Source: Salpingoeca rosetta (lineage: Eukaryota > Protista > Choanoflagellata). Taken from it: a DNA stretch of 64,000 nt. The notes under the pieces are model-generated. The model searched no databases. It was not told the DNA's origin and saw nothing but the letters and a program-made list of their open reading frames with translations. The stretch spans positions 409,436-473,435 of the forward strand of contig JAWQFM010000024.1 in the NCBI GenBank assembly GCA_033442325.1, read 5' to 3'. The translations under genes were made by a program, and so were the position numbers. Positions 27,139 through 64,000 of this stretch are shown one piece after another (within the stretch, counting starts at the first letter, position 1; the number at the start of each line of letters is the position of its first letter).

Positions 27139-28014
27139 TGTGTCGGTTGTGTGTCGGGATTGATCTGGGTGTCAGCGAGGAGTGTACAAGCACAGACGTA
27201 AGTACGGAGGGAGGGAAAGAGGGAGACGGAGGGAAAGAGGGAGGGAGAGGGAGGGAGAGAGGGAGGGGATTCATGGCAGGTTCATGTGTGTGTGTGTGTG
27301 TGTGTGCTTATGCCTGCCCTGCGTGTCAGCAGGCAACGACCAACGGCGAACGCACAAACATGGTCACACCAACGACAACATGGTCACACCAACGACAACT
27401 GACAACGACCCACTCCCACGCTCTCCCCACTCTCCACACGCCCACAAACAACAGTGGAAACAACCGCACCTCCCAATAACCAGTGCACCAGTGCACCAGT
27501 GCACACGCGATCACATCACCCACCACCACCACCAACGACAAGAACAAGAACAAGCAGGCCAGCACTCCCTCCCCTTCACCTCACCTCACCTCGGGGCAAG
27601 CAAGTGAGCAAGAGTAAGCGAGCAAGAGGGGATTGTGTTCTGCAGTTCGGCTGATCGCTGACGAGCATGGAAAAAGGCGCCGATTTCTCGTGGGCACCAC
27701 CGCAGCTTTTCCAGCCATCTTTCGTCAACTTGGGCGGGCAATTTTCGGTGCAGAACTCCCACAAAATGTTATGCCACCGGTGGCAAACTAAACAAAACCC
27801 ACACCACTGGTTGGTAAAACAGCCCGCTTCCGTCTCACCACGTCGCCAATTTTCGTTAACACCAGCCAGTCAGCCAGACGCTGCTGTTGTCCAACGACGA
27901 CGAGCAAGTGACAGAGGAACAAGAGGGTAGTGTTGTTGCAGAGCGAGCCAGAGCGACAGTCAGAGCGAGTCGCGCGCACAGAGACACGAGAGAGACAGAA
28001 AAGAGAGAAAGACG

Positions 28015-28688
28015 ATGGATGAGTGGATTGGAAAGCTTGTGTCGGTGACGACACAGGCGCAGATCCGATACACGGGCATCATCAAGGACATGAGCCAGGA
28101 GCGCGGCACGCTCACCCTGTACAACGGTGAGTGTGGCGTGGCGGCTGGAACTGGGGTTCTGTCGACGTGTCATTGGTGGGGGAGGAGGGTGTCGGGTGTG
28201 GGCGCAGTGGTGTCGGAGTTGGTGTTGCGTGTCAGTTGCGCTTCCGTTGTGTGTTTGGTGGCGTCGTTGTTTGTTGACGCCGTTGTCTGTTGATGCTGTT
28301 GCCTGCTACTGCGGTGGTATATGGAAGTTGTTGAAGCTGATCATTGGTGACCATTGGTGATCCTTGGTGATGGATTCCTTCGCTTGCGCGGCTTGGTTTC
28401 ATGTGCGTGTGTCATGTGCAGTGCGAAGCATGGGAACAGAGAACCGCCCAGTGCAGCAGTTTCGTCCACCAAACGCAACCGTGTTCAGCAGGGACATTGA
28501 ATTCAAGGCGCAGATGCTGGTGAACCTTGAGCTTGTCGAGAACAACCCCGAGCTTGAGGTGAGTTGCTGTGTGTGCATGTGTATGTGTGCATATGCATGT
28601 GCGTGTGTGCATGTTTGTGCATTGGGGCATGCGAACAATGTATCAATGGGGGTTTCCACAAGCGCCTTCACACACCTTCCTACACCTT

Positions 28689-28749
<61 letters not shown>

Positions 28750-28983
28750 TCTCTCTCACTAACTCACGTGCGTGCGTGGTTTTGTTTGCGTTCTTTGTGA
28801 AGCATGCCATCCCACCTGCTACGGCTGCACCTGCGTCGGTGCTGCCTCCGCAACAGCCCGCGCAGCCCGCACCCGCCGCCCCACAGCCAGTGCGGCAAGC
28901 CCAGCAGCCAGCACCAGCAGCAGCGCCGGCACAACAGCAGCCCGCCCCACAGGCGCAGGCGCAGGCGCCACAGCAGCAACCGA

Positions 28984-29017
<34 letters not shown>

Positions 29018-29611
29018 ACCAAAGCAGCAGCAACAGCCACAGCCACAGCAACCAAAGCGGCAGCACCAGCAAAGGCCCGTGGCAGCCAACAAAGTGCACG
29101 AGCCTATGCCAGCAGCCGCAACAACCACCACCAGTGGAGCCGCCACAAGCAGCAAGGGCAGCGAGGAGGCGACAGAGAGCGCAGATGGCGGTCGTGGGGA
29201 GAGGAGCCATCATCGCGGCGGTCACCGTGGTGGTCACCGTGGACGCCACCAGCACCACCACCAGCAGCAAAGGAGGAGGCCAGCAAAGGCCCCACAGGTA
29301 CGTGTGCGTGTGCGCTTGCGCGTGTGTGTGCGTTTGCGTGTGTGTACATTTGCGTGTGTGCGTGTGCGCTTGCGCTTGCGTTTGCGTTTGCGTGACGGTA
29401 TTAGCTTTGCACCTTCCCACGTTGCATGCCCATTCATGTAAAACATTCCACGCTGGTGCGTGGATGCGTGCGGTGTCGGTCGACACACAGGAGCCCGCAG
29501 ACGTGAATGTTGAGTTTGACTTTGAGGCGAGCAAGACCAAGTTTGAGGAGCTTCACCGAGAGCTCAATGACCTCGCGCTCGACGGTACGCTGGGGTTTTG
29601 TTTTCGCACCG

Positions 29612-29670
<59 letters not shown>

Positions 29671-29689
29671 CCGCTGCTGCTGCTGTTGC

Positions 29690-29787
<98 letters not shown>

Positions 29788-30874
29788 TTGTTGGTCGTAA
29801 TGACGGTGTCTTTGTTTGTCACAATGTGCGTGTACGGAGATGTTTTTGAAACCATCCCCCTCACCCAACATCATGACATGCGTCATTGTAACCCACGTCC
29901 CTCCCTTCGATACCGCATCCAATCACTTCTGCTGGTGCGTTGCTTGTTGCTGCCGACAGATGATGGTGGCCCGGCCTACGACAAGGATGACTTCTTCGAC
30001 AGTCTGCAGCCAGACAGCCGCGACAGGTACAACAACGTGTGCGCGCGTTTATGTGCGTGTCTGCAGAGTGCTCTTGTGGTGTGTTTTGTGCTTGGAAGAC
30101 AAGCAGAAAGCTCAAGTTCTTCTTCTTACACCGCACCGTACTGTCAACTCACCCTTTGCGTGTATGTGAATGTGCACCTGTGTGGCAGGCGGGAGCGGGA
30201 GAACAACTATGCGCTTGACATGGAGACGTTTGGGCAGGCCGCCGTCGCCCACAAGAGCCCCCATGACCGCAGGCGTCGTGGCAGAGGTCAGCACCCGCCT
30301 CGTCACAGTCACGATGGAGCTATTGGGGAGTGCTTTGCTTGTATTGAGTGCGCTCACATGTTCACCCGAATGAATCCGTTACCAAACCCACATCCACATT
30401 CACCTTCGCACCCCCACACGCTCACCTGTGCTGATTCAACCTGCACTTCCTCTCTGTATTTTCTGTCCCCCCCCCTCCCTTTTCCCCTCCATCCTTCCTT
30501 CACTTGCGGTGGTGGCGGTGCCAGGCCGTGGCGGACCCCGCGGCGGCCACCGCCACTTCAACCCGCACTACCACCAGCGGTACCAGCAGCACCCTGCGTC
30601 GCTCGGCTATGGCAGCGGGTCCTTTGGGCTCCCGCCGGGCCCCTTTGACCACGGCCCGTCCTCCTTTGGCAACACCTACGGATATGGCGGCGGTTACGGC
30701 GGCCATCGCGGCGGGCGCGCGCCCCGTGGTCGCGGCGGCTTCAGGCGCTACGACAACAACCGGGACGGCCGTGGTGGTGGCCGTGGCGGTGGCCGTGGTC
30801 GTCGCACCAACGGCAGCGGCAACCCGCGCCGTGGCAGCAGGGACGCCGCGACGGCACAGCAAGGCGAGGAGTGA
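28015..30874 (+). CDS. LSM14: LSM14/Scd6/RAP55 mRNA-processing body protein
   Basis: Lsm domain MDEWIGKLVSVTTQAQIRYTGII...LTLYN|VRSMGTENRP; Q/P-rich linker; FDF box (EFDFEASKTKF); FFD box (YDKDDFFDSL); TFG box (ALDMETFG); C-terminal RGG repeats; stop at 30872-30874. Confidence 0.92.
29612..29787. repeat. Interrupted (GAT)n microsatellite in an LSM14 intron
   Basis: Two (gat)n runs separated by gccgctgctgctgctgttgct. Confidence 0.97.
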
Positions 30875-31304
30875 TTGTGCCGGTCATGGCGAGACGAAGC
30901 AGTGAGATGGTGGAGAGACAGCTGCATCACTGGCGTGTGATGATGTGTGTGCGTGCGTGTGTGTTGGCGGTGGAATGCGACCATGTGCGTGATGATGTGT
31001 TGGTGTCGAGAAGTTCGCGTGTGCTTGTGATGGTGGCGAGCCGTGGTGTTGCTGTGGCCCTGCGTGTGATGATGTTGTGGTGGCGGCGATGCAGAGTACA
31101 ACGATTGCGGGCCAACGCGTTGCTGGAACTGTCACTGCAATCTGCTGAGGGCATGAGGGAGCTAGTGGTTTTATTGTGGGCACACATCCGTCATTGGGCT
31201 GGGTTGAGTGACGTGGGCATGGCAACACAAGCAGAGGCAGTGAATGGCTGCCAAGGCGCGCGATGTGTGTGTGTGGTGGGGTCAGGGATACCAGCGGCAC
31301 GGGC

Positions 31305-31473
31305 TTACTGCAGGCCTGTGGTGTGTGGTAGAGACGATCAAGGTGAGGATGCAGACAGCAAATTGACTTTCACATGCATGAACAGGCAGACATACACAAA
31401 CAGGCACACGCACACAGAGAGACACAGAAATAGACACACGAAAGATAGACACACACAGACACACAGGCGCGAG

Positions 31474-31542
<69 letters not shown>

Positions 31543-31784
31543 GAACGAACGAACCGTAGTTGAGCTTGCACTGCTTGAGCTGGTCGTTGAAGGCCTGGCA
31601 GAGGGAGAGGTCGCTCGGGTAGTTCTGTGCGCACTGCAGGAACTGCTGCATCTCATACGCACACGGGTTCGCCTGCACAGCGTGGTGACAAAGCAGAGAA
31701 TGGTAGGTGGTGGTGAGGGGGGATGGGCAGTAAGGGATGCATTGGTGCGAATGCAGGCAGACAGAGGGTCAAAGTACATGAACC

Positions 31785-31835
<51 letters not shown>

Positions 31836-32603
31836 ATCAACACACACACACACAGACACACACACAGACACACACACACACACACACATCAACACACAGG
31901 CACAGACACAGCCACGCACGCACCTGGTCCTGCTGCTGCTGCTGCTGCTGTGGTGCCTGGTACTGCTGCTGCTGCTGGTACTGCTGCTGGTCGGCGGGGG
32001 CGGCCTCCTTGTCGGAGCCGCTGAATGCGCCCGTCATGGCATTGCCGACAACGTGGCCAACGGCAGAGCCCTGGTCATTGGTATCAACGATTTGCCAAGG
32101 AGAGCGAGTGGTGTACAGGAGGGTGAGGAGGGCGAGGGCGTGCATGCATTCTGAAGCAACAAGGATCGCGTGTTGCTGGAGTCCACCTGCCCGCTGACCT
32201 CCTCGCTATCTTGACGAGCAAGCACATCCACATGACCACATCCACATGCCCAGCTCTTCCTTCACCATCGTCATCACAACCACCACCACTCATACGCACC
32301 ACGGCGACGCCGCCGGCGGTGGCGGCCATCTGCGCCATCAGACCGGGCTGCTTTGGCTGCGGGGCAACACCAGTCGCCTGTGGCGCGTGCTGTATGTGCA
32401 CGACGCAAGTCGTGTGCGCAGGGGAGGTGTGAGAATGGAAGGTCACGTGTATGCATGCATGTGACAGATGCACAAACAGAGATGGACAAGCAGGAGGACG
32501 GGGACAGAGCGACACACACACACACATGCGCACACACACACACACACACATGCGCACACCACACACACACATGCGCACACACACACACACACACATGCGC
32601 ACA

Positions 32604-32680
<77 letters not shown>

Positions 32681-32959
32681 CAATACGGACCTGAACAGGG
32701 GCGGTAGGGGCAGTCTGTGCGGGGGTGCGGGCGGGTGTGGAGGTTGGCATGCGCGCCGGCGTCGAGCGGGGCATGGGCGCAGGTGTCGAGCGCGGCGCAG
32801 GCCTGAGAAGTGCCAACGAAAAAGTTGAGATGAGGATGCAGCGATGCAATGGGCAGAAGCGGCAACAACGAGTGAGGGTGGATTGGTTGTAGGGTGCACG
32901 TGAGTCAGCGCTGACTCGCGTGCATGGAAGCACCAATGAACAACACGAGCTCTTCGCAT

Positions 32960-33032
<73 letters not shown>

Positions 33033-33100
33033 ATCACCACCAACCTTGGGGCGGTGCGCGCAGGCGCTGGGGAGCTGGTGCGGCGGCTTCGGCGAGGCAT
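31305..33100 (-). CDS. CHCHD2: CHCHD2/CHCHD10 (Mix17) mitochondrial twin CX9C protein, 6 exons
   Basis: [15 protein letters not shown]..., [17 protein letters not shown]|[16 protein letters not shown], and CHCH domain [35 protein letters not shown]. Final micro-exon GLQ* with stop at 31305-31307. Confidence 0.92.
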
Positions 33101-33713
33101 GGTGATGTGCTAAGGGGGTCAAAAGAGAAGCTCAAGCACGGTCAGAAGCGGCTGCTGCAGTTGTCGTTGTCGATATGACGACGTGTGTGACGCGGCAATG
33201 TTACAGTGGGGTGAGAGTGGAGACAAAACACGCACAAATCGCAGACAAGACGTGGTGCAAGTGGGCGCAACACGTGTGGCGTGGACGTGTGCTTGAAACA
33301 TTCGCACTGAGGTAGAGTCGTGGATGAGACAAGAGGGGAGGGGAAGGAGGTGGTGTCGCACCCACTCAAACGACCTTCGCACTCATGCACACCCTCCTCA
33401 TCGTTCCATGCCCATCCACTTGTACCCTCCATCACGTCACCATCACTCACGTTGTCTTGTGTGCGTGTTGGCGTTTGCTGGGCAGACGAGGAATAATGTA
33501 TATTTTGATGATGAAAACGATATGGGCTGTTGTTTTTCTCGCTCTTTCCGCGCATGATATGCGTTGTGTGTTGTGGCAACTCGGGAATAGCAGCGGCAGT
33601 GGACGGAAAGGGGGAGGGGGTGCCTGCATGCAAGCACGACGGTCGGTCGTAGACACACGCTCACACACGCTCACATGTACACATGTACACACACGCACAC
33701 GCCACTGGTGCAG

Positions 33714-40210
<6,497 letters not shown>

Positions 40211-40660
40211 ATGGGGTGAATGACAGGTTCACGCGTGTCGTCCACACATGTTTGGCAGTGGCGATCCGCACAGGTGGTGTGTGATTATTCTCAGGGTAGT
40301 TTACGGTTTACTGTTGTGCTCTTCCTTCAGTGGGAGAGCGTAGCAGGAGTGTAATAAAATAAGAACTGATTGTGACACAACGCACACAAATAGGAAACGT
40401 TACACAGCCACGCAACACAGAGTGTCGTCTCTGACCAACACATGCATAAGCATATCGTGTTCTTCCACCTCATATGGTTGCGTTTCTCCACGTCTTCCTC
40501 ACCCACCCCTCTTTCACATCTTTACATTAAAATCAAATAGCAATCAATCATGTGCCCGTGCGTGCCAAACCACCCATCCGTCCATGTCTCATGTCATCCA
40601 GCCACACCACATGCCATCCATCCAGCCACATTCTCCACTTCCTCCCCAACATCAACGTCA

Positions 40661-49299
<8,639 letters not shown>

Positions 49300-49316
49300 G
49301 TGCAACGCTGATGAAG

Positions 49317-49363
<47 letters not shown>

Positions 49364-49369
49364 TGTGTC

Positions 49370-49507
<138 letters not shown>

Positions 49508-50771
49508 CGTGTGGGGGGGGGGGAGGATGTGAGTCCGTGTGCGTGTACTTGTGTGCGTGCGAGGAGCGGAATAAGTGAGCAACGGGATGGCGGGTGGAGG
49601 GATGCACACGTGGCAGGGCGGTGCTTGCATGCAGTTGCACACAGGAGGAATAAAGAACAAGAACAGCGTGTCAAAGAAGTGGTGCAAGACGAACCAGGAG
49701 ATCAACAAAACCCACCAACACCAAGCCAGAGTCAAGACGAAAGGGGGATTCGTTTAGTCTTGCTCACCTTTCTGCGGCAGACGTTCACAGAAGTGCGACG
49801 TATCGGTGCGTGTTGGCGAACAGGTTGGGTGGGCGAGAGACGGTGAAGATGAGGCGGTGGAGGAAGGAACGGAGCACGAGAGTGAGTTGGTAATGAAGCA
49901 AGCAAGCGAGGATAGGGTGCCACGGGGAAGAAGGGGGGGGGGGGCAAAACAACAACAACGTGCAGGCAGACCAGACAACACACAACAGACACACAACAGA
50001 CACACAACAAACACACAGCAAAGAGGCCCACCAGCTCGTGACACTCGTCCATTCGCAACAAGGGCAAGGATGATCAAGTCTTTGTTGTGCGAACCTGCTG
50101 CTGGTGGTACTGCGATGCGCACAGACTTGTGCGTTTGAGTGATCGGAGGGCCTGTCTGCGTTTGCCTGTTTCGTGTTTGTGTTTGTGGTTGTGTGTTTGT
50201 GTTTGTGTTTGCTGGCTGGAGAGTGGAGGATGGAAAAGAGGAGAGAAGGAGAGGAGGAGAGAAGCAAACGCAAGAACCAAATGCGCAAGAAAACAAGCGA
50301 AGCAAAGCAAGCAAGCAAGCAAGGCGCACCTTCCAAGCGTGCCTTCCTGTCTTGTGTGTGTGTGTGTGTTGGTGCGTATGTGGCAGCTGCAAATCTTCTT
50401 CGCTTTTCTGTGCTTTGCTCCTGCTTGCTTCTTGCTTGCTGACTGTCGCTTGTGCGTGTTTGTGCGAGCAAGAAAGCGAAAGGTGGCGAAAAGCTGACAC
50501 ATCAGGCGATGGCGTCATTGTAGAAATTTATTCAAAGTTATGTACCAAACATCGTTCGTGCGGCAAAAAGTGTTTGTGTTTGTTTGTGTTTGTTTGTTTG
50601 TGTTGTTCGTTTTGCGTAAGCATCCAGATGCAACAGAGACGCACATGCGCATGCACACGTCAATGCACAGCAGTGGCTATGAGACACACACGCACACACA
50701 CAAAGACACGGAAGAGGGAAGAAGCGTGCAGGCGGAGGCAGGGGAGAGTGACTGTGTGTTTGGTTGTTTGT

Positions 50772-52308
<1,537 letters not shown>

Positions 52309-53113
52309 GGTTGCTGTCTGCTTGGTACTTGGTTTGCCGACTTGGTTGCTCGGTGGCTTGTATCTGTTTGTACTTGTTCTCGTTCGCTTGCTGATCGGCT
52401 GGCTCTGTTTGTCGTCTTCGTCGTTGTTGTCGTGAAGAGAAAAAATGAACATCGACAGCCATCACCCACCACAAGAAACACGACGCAAAGCACAAGTTCA
52501 AGCGCTGGGTCGCAAACAAACCGAGCACAGAAGCGAGGCTTTCGAAGGAAAAAGAAAGGCAGCAAGAGACAGGGTCAATGCCACGGCACATCAATGCTGG
52601 CGGAAGAAAGGCCGTGATGATCAAGCAATCAAGCCATCAATCAATCACAACACAATGAACAACACAAGCAATCACTAGGTTCATCACCGATCCTTCCATT
52701 CGTGCGTGATGTGGCGATCACAGAGGGCAAGCTGTCTTTCGCACTCTGCTCAAATCAGGTGCCAATCAACGAACGAAGAAATATGTGCATTGTATGGGCT
52801 ACTGTGGAACGAGACAGAAGCGCGGAAGGCCGGCCAGCATCCTTGATTTGCTGCGCCAAGTGAGGTGTGATGTGAAGTGATGTGAAGTCACACATGTGGT
52901 GTGCCTGATTGTTTGTTTGTCTTCAAACGCTTCGTCTTCCTCGTTTGCCTCAATCTTGCTGAAATTTGTAGTATATTTTGGTATAATTTTCCGAACTACT
53001 TCCCCGTTTTTTGAAGGCAACAAACGAACCGCAGGTGTGCCGTTCTTTCTTTGCTTCTGTGCTCCTTTGACTGTTGTGTTCTTCCAGCGCCACCGCCACC
53101 ATGTTCCAGGTTC

Positions 53114-53191
<78 letters not shown>

Positions 53192-53620
53192 GTGTGTGTG
53201 TTTTGCGTGTGGAAACCCCGCGCATGTCCCCACATGGTGTTTGCATTCTGTGTGGCGCTACTTTGCCCACTCTTTTCACAGATCAGAAAACACAAAAACA
53301 ATGACGGGGCCTATCAGCCGCTATGTATGCNNNNNNNNNNNNNNNNNNNNNNNNNNNNNNNNNNNNNNNNNNNNNNNNNNNNNNNNNNNNNNNNNNNNNN
53401 NNNNNNNNNNNNNNNNNNNNNNNNNNNNNNNNNNNNNNNNNNNNNNNNNNNNNNNNNNNNNNNNNNNNNNNNNNNNNNNNNNNNNNNNNNNNNNNNNNNN
53501 NNNNNNNNNNNNNNNNNNNNNNNNNNNNNNNNNNNNNNNNNNNNNNNNNNNNNNNNNNNNNNNNNNNNNNNNNNNNNNNNNNNNNNNNNNNNNNNNNNNN
53601 NNNNNNNNNNNNNNNNNNNN

Positions 53621-57717
<4,097 letters not shown>

Positions 57718-58661
57718 CTGCAGTTGTCGTGATTGTTGTTCTCCCCCGTCCCGTGTGAGGATGTTGTGACTGTGCGACCATTGTGGTTGCGGTTGCCTCG
57801 CTCGTTAAGCTGGCTCATTTTCCTCTGTTTGTGGATATGTGTGTGTGTCCATGTGTGCGTATGCGTGTGTTTTTGTGTTTCATAACTGATACCCTTCCCT
57901 CCCCTCCTTCTTTTCCCCTGTTACGGAGCCATGCTCCATTTGTCTATCCCTCTCGGAAACACACACACACACACACACCTGTTGCTGGTTGCCGTTCTTC
58001 CAACTCGCTGATGTGACCGACAGATGCTGCTGTTGTCGTTACGAATCTATCACTGTCCCTTCCTGCAGTTGGTTTCGCTCGTGTTTCGTTCCGACAGTCG
58101 CACGTGCTGCATGGCTTTGTCTCCCTTGTTCTCTCTGTGCTTCTGTGCCTCTGTATCTTCGCCGAGGTGCGAGAAGCTTGCACAGGAATGTGGTGTGCCT
58201 TTGTGGGCTGTGTTGTGCTTGTGTTGTGTGTGTGTGTGTGTGTGTGTGAGTGTGTGTGTGTGTGTGTGCCTGTGTCCATCTGACTGTCTGTGCAGCAATA
58301 ATGCCCTTACTTACAATACACTTGACTCCGTGGTGATGAGCATATGTTGGCGTGTGTGTGTGTGTGTGTGTGCGAATGTGTGTGTGTGTGTGTGTGCGTG
58401 TGTGATTGTGCGAGCAGCTCGTCGACGTTTATTGTCAGTCACGTTCAGACATAAACATCATTGAATACGAATAGCAATCAGCGTAAGACCCTCATTAAGA
58501 AGTAGCATCATCATTCACAACCACCATCAGCAGCCACCATCGATAAATCACATCATTCACCACAAACAAATACCGCCACCATCAACAAATCACATCATAA
58601 GTCACCACCATCACCACTACCGCCATCAATCACCATCAAACATCACCGTTCAGTGCGACCA

Positions 58662-63033
<4,372 letters not shown>

Positions 63034-64000
63034 CTCGCGTGTTGTGCTCGTCGCGTGAATTCAAAAAAATGGCGGGAGAACGCTTGACCACATCTTTCAC
63101 CACAAGTCAATGCAACTGAATTCAGTGTATGTAACGGGCTTGTTGTGGGCTTTTTGGATGCACGTGTGCTGCGACCAAAGTGTGTTGTGACTGTGATGTG
63201 ACATGATGTGACTGCTCATGCGTTGTGACACGACACAAGGACGCTCGTGTGGGATTTCAGGAGGTTGTGTCATTGGGGCTTGGCACGCACAAGAGTAGGA
63301 TGAAACACACAAGGCCAGAAAGCAAGGCTGGCGGTCGGTGAGAGACGAACAGAGAGAAGGAAAACACACATATGGGAAGCTGGATGGTAGGGTGTAACAG
63401 CAACAACGCAACGCAACGCAAAGAAACAAAGAGATCAAGGAACGGGTTCGTGTGGTGTGAAGCAAACACTGAGTGTTCAGTCACGTACGCGACCAGGCAC
63501 TACTGCTCACAGTAGCGCAAGGCAAGCACCCACACAAGTGCGCGTGAACAGGAACGCCTGTGATCGCAGCAGCCCATTCAAACACGCCCACTGTGCCACA
63601 GCGCTCGTACGCACACAAAAAGCACAGCACTTGCACACGGAGACACACGAGGGGTGGGGACAGTTGAGAGCGCCTAGAGGAACAGTTGGCGAATGTCGGC
63701 CATTGCATCAACAATGTTCTTCACAAAGCGTGACGAGTCCTGGTGGTACAAGGAAGAGGTTGCGATTGGAGAGGGAGGGGGGAAGTGTTATGGAACGATG
63801 AGCAGGGGGTGTCAGAGTGAATGAATGCAGGACCAAGGCAGAGAGACACAGACGGAGAGAAACACGGACAGAGATGGATAGGTGCACAGATGGATTCACA
63901 AGCTCACACACACACACACAAACTCAAACACATGTACACAGATGCACACAGACAGATATAGACACGCACAGATACACAACACAACATAACACACACACAC

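Overview
Eukaryotic, intron-rich, GC-rich genomic DNA saturated with (CA)n/(GT)n and trinucleotide microsatellites, with four N gaps. Style and gene content point to a choanoflagellate such as Salpingoeca rosetta (inference). Most entries in the ORF track are microsatellite artefacts. By hand-splicing GT-AG exons I reconstructed about 16 protein-coding genes. In order: a partial multi-pass membrane protein; an intronless type I membrane protein with two Cys-rich CDxGCGAxDPDC repeats; RXYLT1/TMEM5; an intronless secreted protein with seven 46-aa beta-propeller-like repeats; TCF25/Rqc1; XLF/NHEJ1; an LHFPL-type tetraspan with a very long Tyr-motif tail; COX4; LSM14; CHCHD2/10; NMNAT; a C20orf96-like coiled-coil protein; a giant HRI-type eIF2-alpha kinase; a small hydrophilic hypothetical protein; STK11/LKB1; and a Crinkler-like PD-(D/E)xK nuclease plus kinase gene. 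The most notable observations are the Crinkler-like nuclease-kinase gene, the LHFPL-like protein, and a polarity of intronic repeats: (GU)n lies near donors and (CA)n near acceptors, often in place of a polypyrimidine tract, suggesting RNA-structure-assisted splicing. All family assignments come from recalled motifs, not database searches. No rRNA, tRNA, CRISPR array or recognisable transposase was found.
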